Positions 1-10,329 are shown, counted from the stretch's first letter. The stretch: DNA of 40,599 bases from Promethearchaeota archaeon (GCA_004524535.1 SDNY01000017.1:1-40599); one strand, 5' to 3'. The notes: generated from the letters alone by a model not told the origin. Program-made: numbers and translations.

Positions 1-6
1 AAAAAA

Positions 7-177
7 TTACATTGGAATTCCCATGAACATGTAAGGAGCGTATCTCGAAAAAAGAGACCAGAATCCTTTTTTCTTTTTCTTTTCTTCATCTTGAGGTTTT
101 TCTTCTTTTTCCTCTGCTTCTATTGGCTTTGCATCATCTATTTTTAACTCAATTTTTCTATCTATTGCTTCTGACAT
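7..177 (-). CDS. small charged protein with C-terminal basic/aromatic tail
   Basis: The ORF track gives 7..192, but the first ATG overlaps a GGAGGT SD, so the second ATG (177, MSEAIDRK) is the likelier start. It ends KKKKKGFWSLFSRYAPYMFMGIPM. Confidence 0.55.
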   Translation of the reverse strand: MSEAIDRKIELKIDDAKPIEAEEKEEKPQDEEKKKKKGFWSLFSRYAPYMFMGIPM

Positions 178-352
178 ATTATCTACCTCCATTTTATTAT
201 TTATATTCTAATTCAATTATTTGAATTTCTATTAAGTATAGATAAAAGGAATTATTTCAATCTTAGCACTCTAAAAATTAAATTTTTTTAAATTTTTAAT
301 TACTAAAATAAAGTAATTGAATGGAATTCAATTATAATACATAAAAAAAGGA

Positions 353-1894
353 TTATGATTTTATTTTTTGATTTTTTACAATCTTGTCTTTTTTATCTCT
401 AAATCTTCTAAATGAATATGGATTGATAAATAAATTACGGAATCCCCCTACAATCGAGTAATTCTTAATAGATTTACCAATTTCTAAGAAAAGCTCGTTT
501 AGTATTATCCTGCTTTTTACATCACCTTCTTCACTAACATAGGCTAATCTATGAAGAGCAATCAGTCCAATGAAAAATGCAAATATAAAGAAAAAATCAA
601 TTCCTCTTAGATTTAAGGTTTGGAAAGCAAAATTTCCATTTGGAGAAGTCCAGCTGAGAGTCCAAGAAAATTCTACTGCCACAAAAAAATCTATAAACAA
701 TCCTGCTGTAATTGAAGCAATAGCTAATGAGAGAGAACTAAAGATCATTGCTATTGCGAGATAATAATTTCCTTTTCCTTTTGGAGCTAATTTCAATCCA
801 ATATTATTTGAAGCAATTAGAATCCCTGCCATTGAGACCCCCATAAGCATATGTATTATAAATAAAAAAGGTAAGGTTAGAGTATACTGTTCTGGAAGGG
901 TAGTTAAAGTCCAAATCAAAATACATATTAAATATAATGGACAACAAATAACAAGAACAGATTTATTACTAAATCTATCTGAAAGGCGCCCCCATATTCC
1001 TAAAAACATTAGATTAGTGATTTGGTTAATGGCTATTAAAAAAACAACTATAAACAAATCTAATTGGAGCCTAATGAGCATATATACGACAAAGAATGGT
1101 ACAGCTAAATTTACGGCAAAATTCCAAAATATTAAAAATATTAGAAGATTCCGATAGTTCTTATCTTTAAATGGTTTTAAAATGAGGGCACTGAATTTAA
1201 CATTCTCACCTGTAATTATCATTCTGGGCTCGATAACTCTTGAAATCATATATATGCTAAGCGTACCGAAAATAAAACCAATAAAAAAGATTATTGAATA
1301 AGCAAGAAGCGTATAATTATCTTGATGTTGCCAAAAATCAATAAAAAATGCCGCTATTAAACTCGCTATCGTTGCTATTATTGTGGATAAAATCATACGT
1401 CTGGAAAAAAAAGTGCCTAATCTTTTTGTTGGGATTAAATCATGCATCCAAGAATACCATGCTGTATGTCCAATTGCTGCAAATATTGATTGAAATATTA
1501 AAAATATTATTAGAAACATCAATCCAAATTCAAAAATAAATAGAATAGGTATCAAAGCAATTAAGCATAGACATATTCTATAAAAAATTAAACATGATAC
1601 AGTTATGATCCTCCTATTACGATACTTTTCAACTAAATGAATTGCCGGAATACGAAATATCTGACATAATGCTGGAATCGCAGCTAAAAGACCAATTATA
1701 AAATATGATGCTCCAAGAATTAATGCAAACGCAATTAAAAAGGGGCCCGTAGTTAAAATAACCATAATTTGAGAAAGATAGCCATCAATTGTTACAAAAC
1801 TAAGACCTTTTTCAATCTCTTCATTGGTTAAAGTATCTGATGTTTGAAAACGCATTTTATTCATGGAATTTGGATTTTTTAAATTATTTATCAT
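353..1894 (-). CDS. MFS transporter
   Basis: 513 aa, about 12 hydrophobic segments, MFS motif-A-like WGRLSDRFSNK. Confidence 0.85.
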   Translation of the reverse strand: MINNLKNPNSMNKMRFQTSDTLTNEEIEKGLSFVTIDGYLSQIMVILTTGPFLIAFALILGASYFIIGLLAAIPALCQIFRIPAIHLVEKYRNRRIITVSCLIFYRICLCLIALIPILFIFEFGLMFLIIFLIFQSIFAAIGHTAWYSWMHDLIPTKRLGTFFSRRMILSTIIATIASLIAAFFIDFWQHQDNYTLLAYSIIFFIGFIFGTLSIYMISRVIEPRMIITGENVKFSALILKPFKDKNYRNLLIFLIFWNFAVNLAVPFFVVYMLIRLQLDLFIVVFLIAINQITNLMFLGIWGRLSDRFSNKSVLVICCPLYLICILIWTLTTLPEQYTLTLPFLFIIHMLMGVSMAGILIASNNIGLKLAPKGKGNYYLAIAMIFSSLSLAIASITAGLFIDFFVAVEFSWTLSWTSPNGNFAFQTLNLRGIDFFFIFAFFIGLIALHRLAYVSEEGDVKSRIILNELFLEIGKSIKNYSIVGGFRNLFINPYSFRRFRDKKDKIVKNQKIKS

Positions 1895-1964
1895 TTCAAA
1901 CTATGAAAAAAGAAAGAAAATTATAATTTTTTTCTTTTTGAATTAATTATACTGAAAAAAGTTA

Positions 1965-3089
1965 TTATATTCCTTTAGTTTTTGAAGATTTATCTCTTTC
2001 TTCTATAAATAATTTTCCTATAGCGATATCTTCAACATATAATCTTTCTGTCAATAGGTTTTGAATTTGTAATTTCTCAATTATTCTACCCTCTTTCATG
2101 AAATCAATTCCGCATAATATACTTGCCAAATGAATCACTGAGTCTATTGTTGGAGTTGGCACCCCAAGGAATTTCCCTAGTGAGGAAATCGGTACAAGAC
2201 CGGTGGGTACATCTTCAGTAAAATATCTGGTTATTAATTGAGGCGGAGCATAAATATCTTGGTAGGGGTCCACTTTTTGAATTGCCTCATAGATTGTTTC
2301 CGCCTTTACGCCATATGACTTTTCAGCCCATTTGTGATATCTCAGCTGTTTTAGACCTAATTTTTCAAAAATTTCATTAAGTTCCATCTCGATCATTTCA
2401 AGAACTAAACAAACTCGTGGAGTTGTTCCTTCTTTATAAAATTTAAATTTTTTGCCAAAATCCATTAAGCCTGCGTTAAAAAGTGAGATAGTGGGGTGCA
2501 ATAACATCCCAATATTATTTAAGGTTATTTCAAAATAATCATCAATAGGTTCTAATTGTGGAAAAATATCTTTTATTATTTCATAAACTAGATCATTATA
2601 TTTATCTGGAAAGCAAGAAAAGCCAACAGAATCCTTTATTTTAATAATATTTACTTTGTTTTCAGATAATTGTCTTGAAGTAAAGAGTAAAGTTTGAGTC
2701 TCACCGACAAAGATCGGTATGTTTCCTCTATATTTTTCAACAATTTTAATAAATTCAATAGATCCAAAAGTTCTTCCTGGATTTAAAATAATGATTTGTC
2801 CCTCAGTTAAATAAGGAGCAATCATTTTTGCAATATGTTTATGAGCTGAGGCTGGTGTAACTACCATTATTACATTTGCGTCTTTAACGGCTAATTTGAT
2901 GTCTTGAGTTATACAGTCCAATGGAAAGAATCCAGTAAGTTCTCCGGACGCATCTATACCACTTTTTTCATTGATAGCACAAATTCTTGTAAAAGAACGA
3001 TTATAAAGAGAAACCGAATATCCTTTTGAAGCGATATAAGCGGCAAATGCTCGACCACCTGATCCAGCACCTATAACACAGAATCTCAC
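1965..3089 (-). CDS. NAD/NADP octopine/nopaline (opine) dehydrogenase family protein
   Basis: N-terminal Rossmann VIGAGSGG; family motifs LNPGRTFG, NIGMLLHP and RYFTEDVPTGL. Overlaps the upstream gene by 4 nt (ATGA-type coupling, here GTGA). Confidence 0.88.
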   Translation of the reverse strand: MRFCVIGAGSGGRAFAAYIASKGYSVSLYNRSFTRICAINEKSGIDASGELTGFFPLDCITQDIKLAVKDANVIMVVTPASAHKHIAKMIAPYLTEGQIIILNPGRTFGSIEFIKIVEKYRGNIPIFVGETQTLLFTSRQLSENKVNIIKIKDSVGFSCFPDKYNDLVYEIIKDIFPQLEPIDDYFEITLNNIGMLLHPTISLFNAGLMDFGKKFKFYKEGTTPRVCLVLEMIEMELNEIFEKLGLKQLRYHKWAEKSYGVKAETIYEAIQKVDPYQDIYAPPQLITRYFTEDVPTGLVPISSLGKFLGVPTPTIDSVIHLASILCGIDFMKEGRIIEKLQIQNLLTERLYVEDIAIGKLFIEERDKSSKTKGI

Positions 3090-4834
3090 TGAATCATCAC
3101 CCCATTCGGGGAGAATTCACCTTGAAGTTCTTTTTCTGATAAGAATTCATCAGAATTACAAGCAATAATAATTTTGATTCTTTCAATCTCATCTATAACT
3201 TTCTGAGTTGATTCATCCCAAGAATAACATGCTCCATCTACGATTTTTGTTTTAATCTGTCCTAATGCAAACTTATTATTCTTTAAATGTGGTGCATCAA
3301 AAATTCCATATTTGACAAGACGATTTAAAATTTTATGATTCGTCCATGGATTTATTAATTCTGCTGAGTTTTTTGCTAATCTAGGAATTAAATTAACTAT
3401 CCACTTCGCTTGTTTTATTAATTCTTCTTTTCTCTCTTCAATTCTCCTATCATCAATTTTCAAATTACTAGAGTATACTTTATTAATTACTTGATCTACA
3501 ATATTACAACTTTCAATTATATCTTCAGGGCAAGCAGCATGAATTGCTTCAGAATGAGACACTACATGTACAATGTCTGGCTTTATTGATAATTGTATTA
3601 AGGTGGAAGCCGCTAATTGTCCCTTAGCTTTTTCTAAGTTTAAAGGAAAACTTGCTAAACCCGTTCTTACTTGTGTTATTACTTTGAAAGAATCATCAAC
3701 TAAAGTTTGAAGTAATTCATTTTTAGCATATATTTTTGCTAAGTCCATGTTAAAGGAACTTGCTGGGGGAGTATTAAACATAAATTGGGCAATAAAGTGT
3801 TTTACACCTAATTTTTTTGCAATTATTCCACACAGATACATATCCGCAACAGCTACGGCATCAGGAGCATCTCTTAAACTCCAGTGGTGAGGATCATTGA
3901 TCTCCACGGGGATATTATTTTCTGCATGCCATTTTATTGCCTCTAAATGTTGTTTTATTGAATTTTTTAATGTTAATGGGCCTCTACTGTCCATCTGATT
4001 AAACCAAAAGATTGAAATTGCTGCCCATGCATTTTTTATTGTCTTCTGATACAATTTTCCTAATTTTATAAAATCCCTTGTACCAGCATAAATCCTCAAT
4101 AAAGGAGAATTTCCTCTTAATCGTGCTTTATGCAATTTATTAAAATCTTCTTTAAATCTTAAAGGAACACCTCCCGCTCCAGATAGGCTCTTGATTTGGT
4201 TTTTTGGATGAAAATAGTTCGATTGAGTATTTTGATCAGGTGCAATTGAAATTACATCTAAAATTTCGGACTCAGCTAACTGCCTTATTCCTTTTATTGT
4301 TTCTTCTAAATTTGGTAAACCGAAATGAGCTCTGATAATTGGATAAGGTTTTTTCCAATTTATCCTAGAAATTATATCCATTGGAATTTGAGCTTTCTTA
4401 TGTTTTGAAATCTTATCTCTTCTCAATAGTGAGATTATTTTGTATTTTGATTCACCACCTATAAAAAATTCATCGATTGAATCAAATTTTCTCGCAAATT
4501 TTACGACATCAGGGGTACCTGCGAAAAATAAATGTTTCGGCTTATATGATAATTCATTATATTTTTTGAAAAATTCTTCAAGAAGGGGAATGACAGTTGT
4601 AGGAGTTAATCGATAACTTAATCCTACAATATCAGGCTTTTTCCTAATTATATTATTAATTATATGAGGGATTGGTGTTGCAGGGCCTAAAAATATACAA
4701 TCATAATCTAATTGATGAGCAATATTAATGAAATTATAGGTGCCAGCAACATGAACACATTGACCGAGACAGGCAGTTAAAATTCTTTTTTTCTTATTTT
4801 TACTTTCTTTATTAATATCATTTAATTTTTTCAT
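3086..4834 (-). CDS. cobalamin-binding domain protein with C-terminal putative TIM-barrel (mutase-like, function unknown)
   Basis: N-terminal B12-binding Rossmann domain: GQCVHVAG (variant of DxHxxG), LG, PDIVGLS. Followed by an approximately 420-aa enzyme-like domain. Confidence 0.75.
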   Translation of the reverse strand: MKKLNDINKESKNKKKRILTACLGQCVHVAGTYNFINIAHQLDYDCIFLGPATPIPHIINNIIRKKPDIVGLSYRLTPTTVIPLLEEFFKKYNELSYKPKHLFFAGTPDVVKFARKFDSIDEFFIGGESKYKIISLLRRDKISKHKKAQIPMDIISRINWKKPYPIIRAHFGLPNLEETIKGIRQLAESEILDVISIAPDQNTQSNYFHPKNQIKSLSGAGGVPLRFKEDFNKLHKARLRGNSPLLRIYAGTRDFIKLGKLYQKTIKNAWAAISIFWFNQMDSRGPLTLKNSIKQHLEAIKWHAENNIPVEINDPHHWSLRDAPDAVAVADMYLCGIIAKKLGVKHFIAQFMFNTPPASSFNMDLAKIYAKNELLQTLVDDSFKVITQVRTGLASFPLNLEKAKGQLAASTLIQLSIKPDIVHVVSHSEAIHAACPEDIIESCNIVDQVINKVYSSNLKIDDRRIEERKEELIKQAKWIVNLIPRLAKNSAELINPWTNHKILNRLVKYGIFDAPHLKNNKFALGQIKTKIVDGACYSWDESTQKVIDEIERIKIIIACNSDEFLSEKELQGEFSPNGVMIQ

Positions 4835-4842
4835 AATATCAT

Positions 4843-4925
4843 CTCCTATTATTATTTAGGAGTTAAATTTAGCCGAGTTTCGTAAATTATTCATAAAATC
4901 GGATTGAAAATTCTTCACAATCCGA
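4843..4925 (-). promoter_or_regulatory. two hairpins in the 5' leader of the B12 gene, one occluding the SD
   Basis: TCGGATTG/CAATCCGA (4899-4906/4918-4925) and CTCCTA/TAGGAG (4843-4848/4857-4862). On the minus strand the second pairs the AGGAG SD 8 nt before the ATG. Confidence 0.4.
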
Positions 4926-5188
4926 CTCTTTTATACTAAAAATAGGCATATATATTATAGTAACTTGGATCATTGTTATAATAATAATCAACTCTATATA
5001 TTTAATATATGGTTTCCATATTTAAATATAACGTTTATTTATATGGATATAAAATTAACCTTTATTTAAATAAATTATCTTTTTACTAATGCAGAACTTC
5101 ATTATAAATATAAACATTTATATGTTTTTATATCTATTATATAAATAAAGAAACATTTATTATTTTTCTTATAAAAATATTTTAATTA

Positions 5189-5425
5189 GTGAGATTTATT
5201 CCTGAAAACCAATCTGTTCATAGGAAAAATGCATCACAAATTATAGAAAGCATTTATAATGCTCTGGGAGATGGAAGATATCATACTATTAGTGAAATTT
5301 CCCGTCTTGCTAAGTCGAACTGGACAACAATAAAGAATCAAATTGATATTATTGTAAAAATTCAAGAATTACCAAATCTAAAAATAATAAATGCTTCAAA
5401 ACAAGTCTTAGTGAAAAAGCAATGA
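5189..5425 (+). CDS. small winged-HTH DNA-binding protein
   Basis: TISEISRLAKSNWTTIKNQI resembles an HTH; it sits at the divergence point of the cluster. Confidence 0.6.
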   Translation: MRFIPENQSVHRKNASQIIESIYNALGDGRYHTISEISRLAKSNWTTIKNQIDIIVKIQELPNLKIINASKQVLVKKQ

Positions 5426-5696
5426 ATTTGTATATTTTTTATCATGTTTATGCTAATAAAATGGTGCCGAAGATCTAAGTGAATCCCAAGTCGTTATTTA
5501 AATAAAAATTATCAAAAAAATTTTCTAATTTTCTAAAGTAGTAAAATAGGTAATTTCTTTTTAAAATTTAACTGATTAGACGAATTAGAAAGTTTGATTA
5601 TATCTGGAGTGCCTCCAACATATTATTTTTTTATATAAATGTATTGGAGGTCATTATTTCATAAATTTAATTAAAAAAATAAGTTGTGTATAAGAA

Positions 5697-6284
5697 ATGA
5701 ACGAAAAATATGATGTTAATTTAATTGAAACTGATAAATCAGTAATTAAAAATTATAATTTTGTTAGTCAGGATCTTCCCACTATTATAAAGAACTATTT
5801 ATTAAAAGTCAATACTAAAATAAATAAAATCTTATTAATTGGAAATAAGTCCAACTACATTTATGATCAATTGCATCAAGTTTTCTCAGATGTTCAATTC
5901 ATAATAGCGAACAGATCAGTGAAAACGTTAAATTTGTTTAATAATAAAAACATAGAAGAAAAGAATTATTTAGTTCATTTTATTGATGTTTTTGATGGTA
6001 GGGCCTTGTTTAACTTTACATTGAAATTTAATAAATTCGATTTAGTTATTATCTCGAATCTATATAATCATAATGAAAATAAGAAAAGGATAAGATATTC
6101 TGCTCGGTTTATATTTAAACATTTAATAAAAAAAAAAGGAATATTTTGTATAGTAAATTCAATTCAAGATTCAGAGTCAAATATATTTCCTTATTTAAAA
6201 AAGGTTAATCCACTATTAAATAATAAAATTAAAATGAAAATATCAGAAGGCCCTTTAAATCTAACTATTTATGTCAAAAAGTAA
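5697..6284 (+). CDS. hypothetical protein, degenerate class I SAM-methyltransferase/Rossmann-like
   Basis: KILLIG, KFDLVII and LIKKKGIFCI resemble MTase motifs I, II/IV and VI, but the glycine-rich loop is degenerate. Confidence 0.45.
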   Translation: MNEKYDVNLIETDKSVIKNYNFVSQDLPTIIKNYLLKVNTKINKILLIGNKSNYIYDQLHQVFSDVQFIIANRSVKTLNLFNNKNIEEKNYLVHFIDVFDGRALFNFTLKFNKFDLVIISNLYNHNENKKRIRYSARFIFKHLIKKKGIFCIVNSIQDSESNIFPYLKKVNPLLNNKIKMKISEGPLNLTIYVKK

Positions 6285-6297
6285 GAGGCTATAAGAA

Positions 6298-7836
6298 ATG
6301 GCAGGAATATTTGCATTATATATGATAAAAGAAATAGAAAAGTCTAAGAGCAAATTATTGGAAAAATGTGCTTCAAAAATAAAACATCGCGGTCAAAAAT
6401 ATACGTATAAATATGAGAAATTTCCTTTTAAAGTAATATTTCATCAAAAAAGTTTGCTTAAAAAGAATAAAATGCTTAATTTCTCATTTAGCAAGGATAA
6501 TAGTAAATTTATTGCGATTGATGGACAAATCTATAATTCAGAAGAATTAAATGAAAAATATTTGAATTCGGATTATAGAGCAAAATATAATAATCTTAAT
6601 TTGGAGGGGCTACTTGCTGGATTTGAGAGATTAGATATAAAAATTCTCAACCATGCTATTGGTTCTTTTAGTGGAATCATAACTAATGATAGCGAATTGA
6701 TTGGCTTTAAAGATCCAGTAGGAGCAAAACCACTTTACTATTGTAAATCTGATGAGTTTTTTGCTTTAGCTTCTGAATTAAAAGCACTTGTTCCTTTAAA
6801 AAGAGAAATTAAACCTGTAATTCCTGGAACAATAATCTCCTCAAATGGTAGAATAGAAAGATATTTTCATTATCCTGAATTTGTTAAAGATTATAAAATT
6901 ACAAAAAATAAGGTTTTGAGCCTCGCAAAAGAGTTAAATATGTTAATAAAAAAAGCTGTAGTGGATAATATCAAAAAAGGGGAAAATATTAGTTCGCTAT
7001 TAAGTGGAGGATTAGATTCTGCTATTATAACTTATATCGCAAAAGATTATATTTCCGATTTGAGTGTTTATACAGTAGGGTTTAACGACTCCAAAGATTT
7101 ATACTACGCTAAAAAATTTGCGAAATTATATAATTTAAATCATAAAATCTTAAAAGTTAGATTAAAGGATATGCTTGATTGTTTACCGGATGTTATTTAT
7201 GCGCTTGAAACTTTTGATGCCGCATTAATTCGAAGCTCTATTCCCATGTTTTTACTTTTAAAAGAGATAAAGGCAAATAAAAATTGTGATGTAATACTTA
7301 CGGGAGAAGGAGGCGACGAACTTTTTGGAGGATATGAATATCTAAAGAATTTTGAGTCCTATTATTCCATAAACGATGAAATATTAAATCTCATAAAAAT
7401 CGAACATTTAACAGGATTGCAGAGAGTTGACAGGATTCCCTATTACTTTTCAATTGAAGCAAGAGCACCTTTATTTGATAGAAGAGTAGTTGAGTATTCT
7501 TTTAAGATACCGCCCGAACTAAAGATATTAAAAAATAATTATGGAACAGCAGATAAATGGATATTAAGAAAGGCTTTTGAAGATGAGATACCTGATGAAT
7601 TTATTTGGCGTAAAAAACAAAAATTCTCAGATGGAGCAGGATCTCAATTTATTTTGCGAGATTATATCAATAAAATCATATCTAATGAAGAATTTAATAC
7701 TGAAAAGCAAATTACAGCCTCATTAACGTTGCGATCAAAAGAAGAACTTTATTATTGGAGAATATTCAATTCACAATTTCATCCAACCATAGAAACATTA
7801 TCTAAAATAGGGATCACAGAAAACTATGAAATATAA
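6298..7836 (+). CDS. asparagine synthetase B-like protein lacking the catalytic Cys1
   Basis: HRG, DPVGAKPLYY, ASELKAL, SGGLDS, TGEGGDELFGGY and KWILR motifs. The N-terminus is MAGIF rather than MCGI. Confidence 0.85.
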   Translation: MAGIFALYMIKEIEKSKSKLLEKCASKIKHRGQKYTYKYEKFPFKVIFHQKSLLKKNKMLNFSFSKDNSKFIAIDGQIYNSEELNEKYLNSDYRAKYNNLNLEGLLAGFERLDIKILNHAIGSFSGIITNDSELIGFKDPVGAKPLYYCKSDEFFALASELKALVPLKREIKPVIPGTIISSNGRIERYFHYPEFVKDYKITKNKVLSLAKELNMLIKKAVVDNIKKGENISSLLSGGLDSAIITYIAKDYISDLSVYTVGFNDSKDLYYAKKFAKLYNLNHKILKVRLKDMLDCLPDVIYALETFDAALIRSSIPMFLLLKEIKANKNCDVILTGEGGDELFGGYEYLKNFESYYSINDEILNLIKIEHLTGLQRVDRIPYYFSIEARAPLFDRRVVEYSFKIPPELKILKNNYGTADKWILRKAFEDEIPDEFIWRKKQKFSDGAGSQFILRDYINKIISNEEFNTEKQITASLTLRSKEELYYWRIFNSQFHPTIETLSKIGITENYEI

Positions 7837-7890
7837 CGACTAAGGTAGAATTAAAAAGGCACTAAAATAATTTAATATAGGCTGTTAAAA

Positions 7891-8109
7891 TTGATGAAAA
7901 AGCTAAAAATTTCAAGAAAAACAAAAAAAAAATTGAAAAAGTTTATGGATTTTGATAAAAATAAGAAAATTCTGTATAATAATATATATTTAAATGAATA
8001 CAAGGTTGTAATCAAAATACCTATAAATTTAAAAGAAAATACTCAAGAGAAAATTAAAATTGAAAAATTTGATTTAGCAAAATGTGTATATTTATTCACA
8101 TATAATTAG
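7891..8109 (+). CDS. hypothetical lysine-rich protein
   Basis: 72-aa ORF co-oriented with its neighbours; no motif seen. Confidence 0.35.
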   Translation: MMKKLKISRKTKKKLKKFMDFDKNKKILYNNIYLNEYKVVIKIPINLKENTQEKIKIEKFDLAKCVYLFTYN

Positions 8110-8180
8110 AATAGAGGAATATAAGAGCTTTATATTAAAAATTTATAAATTTAAATAAAAAGATTGGGGGCAATTTAACT

Positions 8181-8651
8181 ATTTATTATAAGATTCTCTT
8201 AGCTGTTGATGGATCTGAAGATTGTATAGAGGCTGCGAAACAAGTCCTTGAGATACAAAAAAAATATAAAAGTACAGTTGTAGCTTTTTATTCAATCGAA
8301 AGTTATAGTCATCCACAAAAGATAATACCTGTAGGAATGTCTATTACTAATGAGGATGATGGATCTTCTCAACGATTTACAAAAATTAGAAAAGAACTCA
8401 AAGATAAAGGAGAAAGAATATTAAGTGAAATTCGTAAAATGTTTAATACAAAAAATGGACAATTTGAGACCAGATTGATCAAAAATGAAAGACCTGAAGA
8501 TTATATTGAAAGAATTGTAATCGAAGAAAAATTCGATCTCGTAGCACTAGGATTTAGAAGTGAGCATTCTAAATCAAAAAAAATTACAAAGGGAAAAGTA
8601 GCTCAGAAAATATTTGATGATTCTCCCTGTCGTGTATTGATAGCAAGATAA
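8181..8651 (+). CDS. universal stress protein (USP); probable ATT start
   Basis: The frame upstream of ATG 8337 encodes YKILLAVDGSEDC (USP beta1), aligning with the paralog at 11512-11988 (MYEKILLATDGSDD). ATT 8181 occupies the Met position, a GGGGG SD lies at 8166-8170, and there is no in-frame ATG/GTG/TTG back to TAA 8136. Confidence 0.8.
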   Translation: MYYKILLAVDGSEDCIEAAKQVLEIQKKYKSTVVAFYSIESYSHPQKIIPVGMSITNEDDGSSQRFTKIRKELKDKGERILSEIRKMFNTKNGQFETRLIKNERPEDYIERIVIEEKFDLVALGFRSEHSKSKKITKGKVAQKIFDDSPCRVLIAR

Positions 8652-8856
8652 TAAAATCTAATATGCTATAAGATTTAATATCTTTAAATTTTCTTTCTAT
8701 TTTATCTTTTATACATAATCTTTGAAAGAATAGATAATAAGATTTCTATTTGAAATTTAAATGAAAGAAAATAATCATTGAAATAGAATTTAAAATAATC
8801 ATATGTCAATTATATTAAAAAAATTAGAAATTAGAATAAAATTAGTGTGATTTCAT

Positions 8857-10155
8857 ATGGATTTTGAATTAATGGTATTCCTTTTTATAATTTTTATTCT
8901 AATGATAATTAGCTATATCATAAAAGATTTAGATTTTGTTGCGATTTCATTATTATGTTGTTTTATAGCAGCAACAGTCACAGGTTTAGTTAAGGGAATT
9001 GGAATTGATGTAATTATTACTTTTATACAATTTGAGGCAATAATACTAATTTTGAGTATGATTATTATAACTAAAATCGCTGAAGATTCAAATATTTTAG
9101 AGTATATAGCTATAAAGCTTTTTAAAATTTCCAAAGGGAACCAAAGAGTCTTTTTTTGGCTGATTTGTATTGTGTCTACACTACTAGCAGCAGTTATTAG
9201 CGATGTTGTTGTTATTTTAATTTTAGCCCCCGTCGTAATTAGACTTTGTCGTTTTTTAAAAACTAAAGCAGGCACATACTTATTGGGAATAACAATATGT
9301 ATTAATATTGGATCAATAATTACTCCGTTTTCAAGCGGTGAAAATATAATTATTTCTACAGCTTTTAATTTAGATGTGATTTATTTTATTCAATACTTCT
9401 GGATATTCTCTTTTATTATACTTTTTTTAACTATTTTCTTATTAGATAAAATTATTTTGTCAAAAGAACCAATAATTGAAAAACAGCAAAAATTATTTGT
9501 ATTGGAATTAATAAATGCTGAAATGCTAATAAAAAATAAGAAATTATTCTATTTTAATGGAATTATGATATTGTCAACTATTATATTATTTGTTATTTTA
9601 CCGCTAATGTATCTGACGGCTGCTATATCAGCAATGATTCTTGTTATTGTGAATAAAAAGTTTACAAAAAAACCAATGAAAGAATTATTAAAAAACATTG
9701 ATTGGGATATAATATTCTTCTTTATAGCATTATATATTGTTGTTGGTTGCCTCTTACAAGCAGGATTGAGGGACATTTTTGAATCAATAGATTTTAAGAA
9801 TTTTGATTTTTTCTTTTTAACTTTCATGATTCTTATTATTGTAAGCTTATTTTCTGGTTTTGTTGCTAATACGCCAACAGCTCTAATTTTTATACCTATA
9901 ATCGATACTTTAATTAGCACTCACGGATTTTCAGCAATTCCACTTATTTTTGCTTTTATAATTGGAATTAACTTAGGTGGAAATCTATTACCTCAAGGTG
10001 CAGCATGTGATTTAATGACTTTAAAAATAGCGCAAGATAATGAAGTTGAGAATTTAAATTATAAACGATTATTTAAGATGGGGCTCACTTTTGCAATATT
10101 TCATATTCTGTTAGCAATAGGATATCTCTTTATCCTCGTTCTTATTTTTGAATAA
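8857..10155 (+). CDS. ArsB/NhaD (SLC13/citrate-type) ion transporter
   Basis: Polytopic membrane protein with NIGSIITPFSSGEN, SGFVANTP and NLGGNLLPQGAAC motifs. Confidence 0.85.
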   Translation: MDFELMVFLFIIFILMIISYIIKDLDFVAISLLCCFIAATVTGLVKGIGIDVIITFIQFEAIILILSMIIITKIAEDSNILEYIAIKLFKISKGNQRVFFWLICIVSTLLAAVISDVVVILILAPVVIRLCRFLKTKAGTYLLGITICINIGSIITPFSSGENIIISTAFNLDVIYFIQYFWIFSFIILFLTIFLLDKIILSKEPIIEKQQKLFVLELINAEMLIKNKKLFYFNGIMILSTIILFVILPLMYLTAAISAMILVIVNKKFTKKPMKELLKNIDWDIIFFFIALYIVVGCLLQAGLRDIFESIDFKNFDFFFLTFMILIIVSLFSGFVANTPTALIFIPIIDTLISTHGFSAIPLIFAFIIGINLGGNLLPQGAACDLMTLKIAQDNEVENLNYKRLFKMGLTFAIFHILLAIGYLFILVLIFE

Positions 10156-10329
10156 TTCAAAATAATCTTAAAGATTTCTTTTTCTTTCTTTCCCTCTTAT
10201 GTTTCAAATGTTTTTTATAAATTTTTCCACGATAATGAAACCTATCGCATTTTATAGAATAATTCACCATTACGTTAAAATCTCTAATTATAAAATTTTA
10301 ATATTCATTTTTACTTTAGAAATTTAAAA

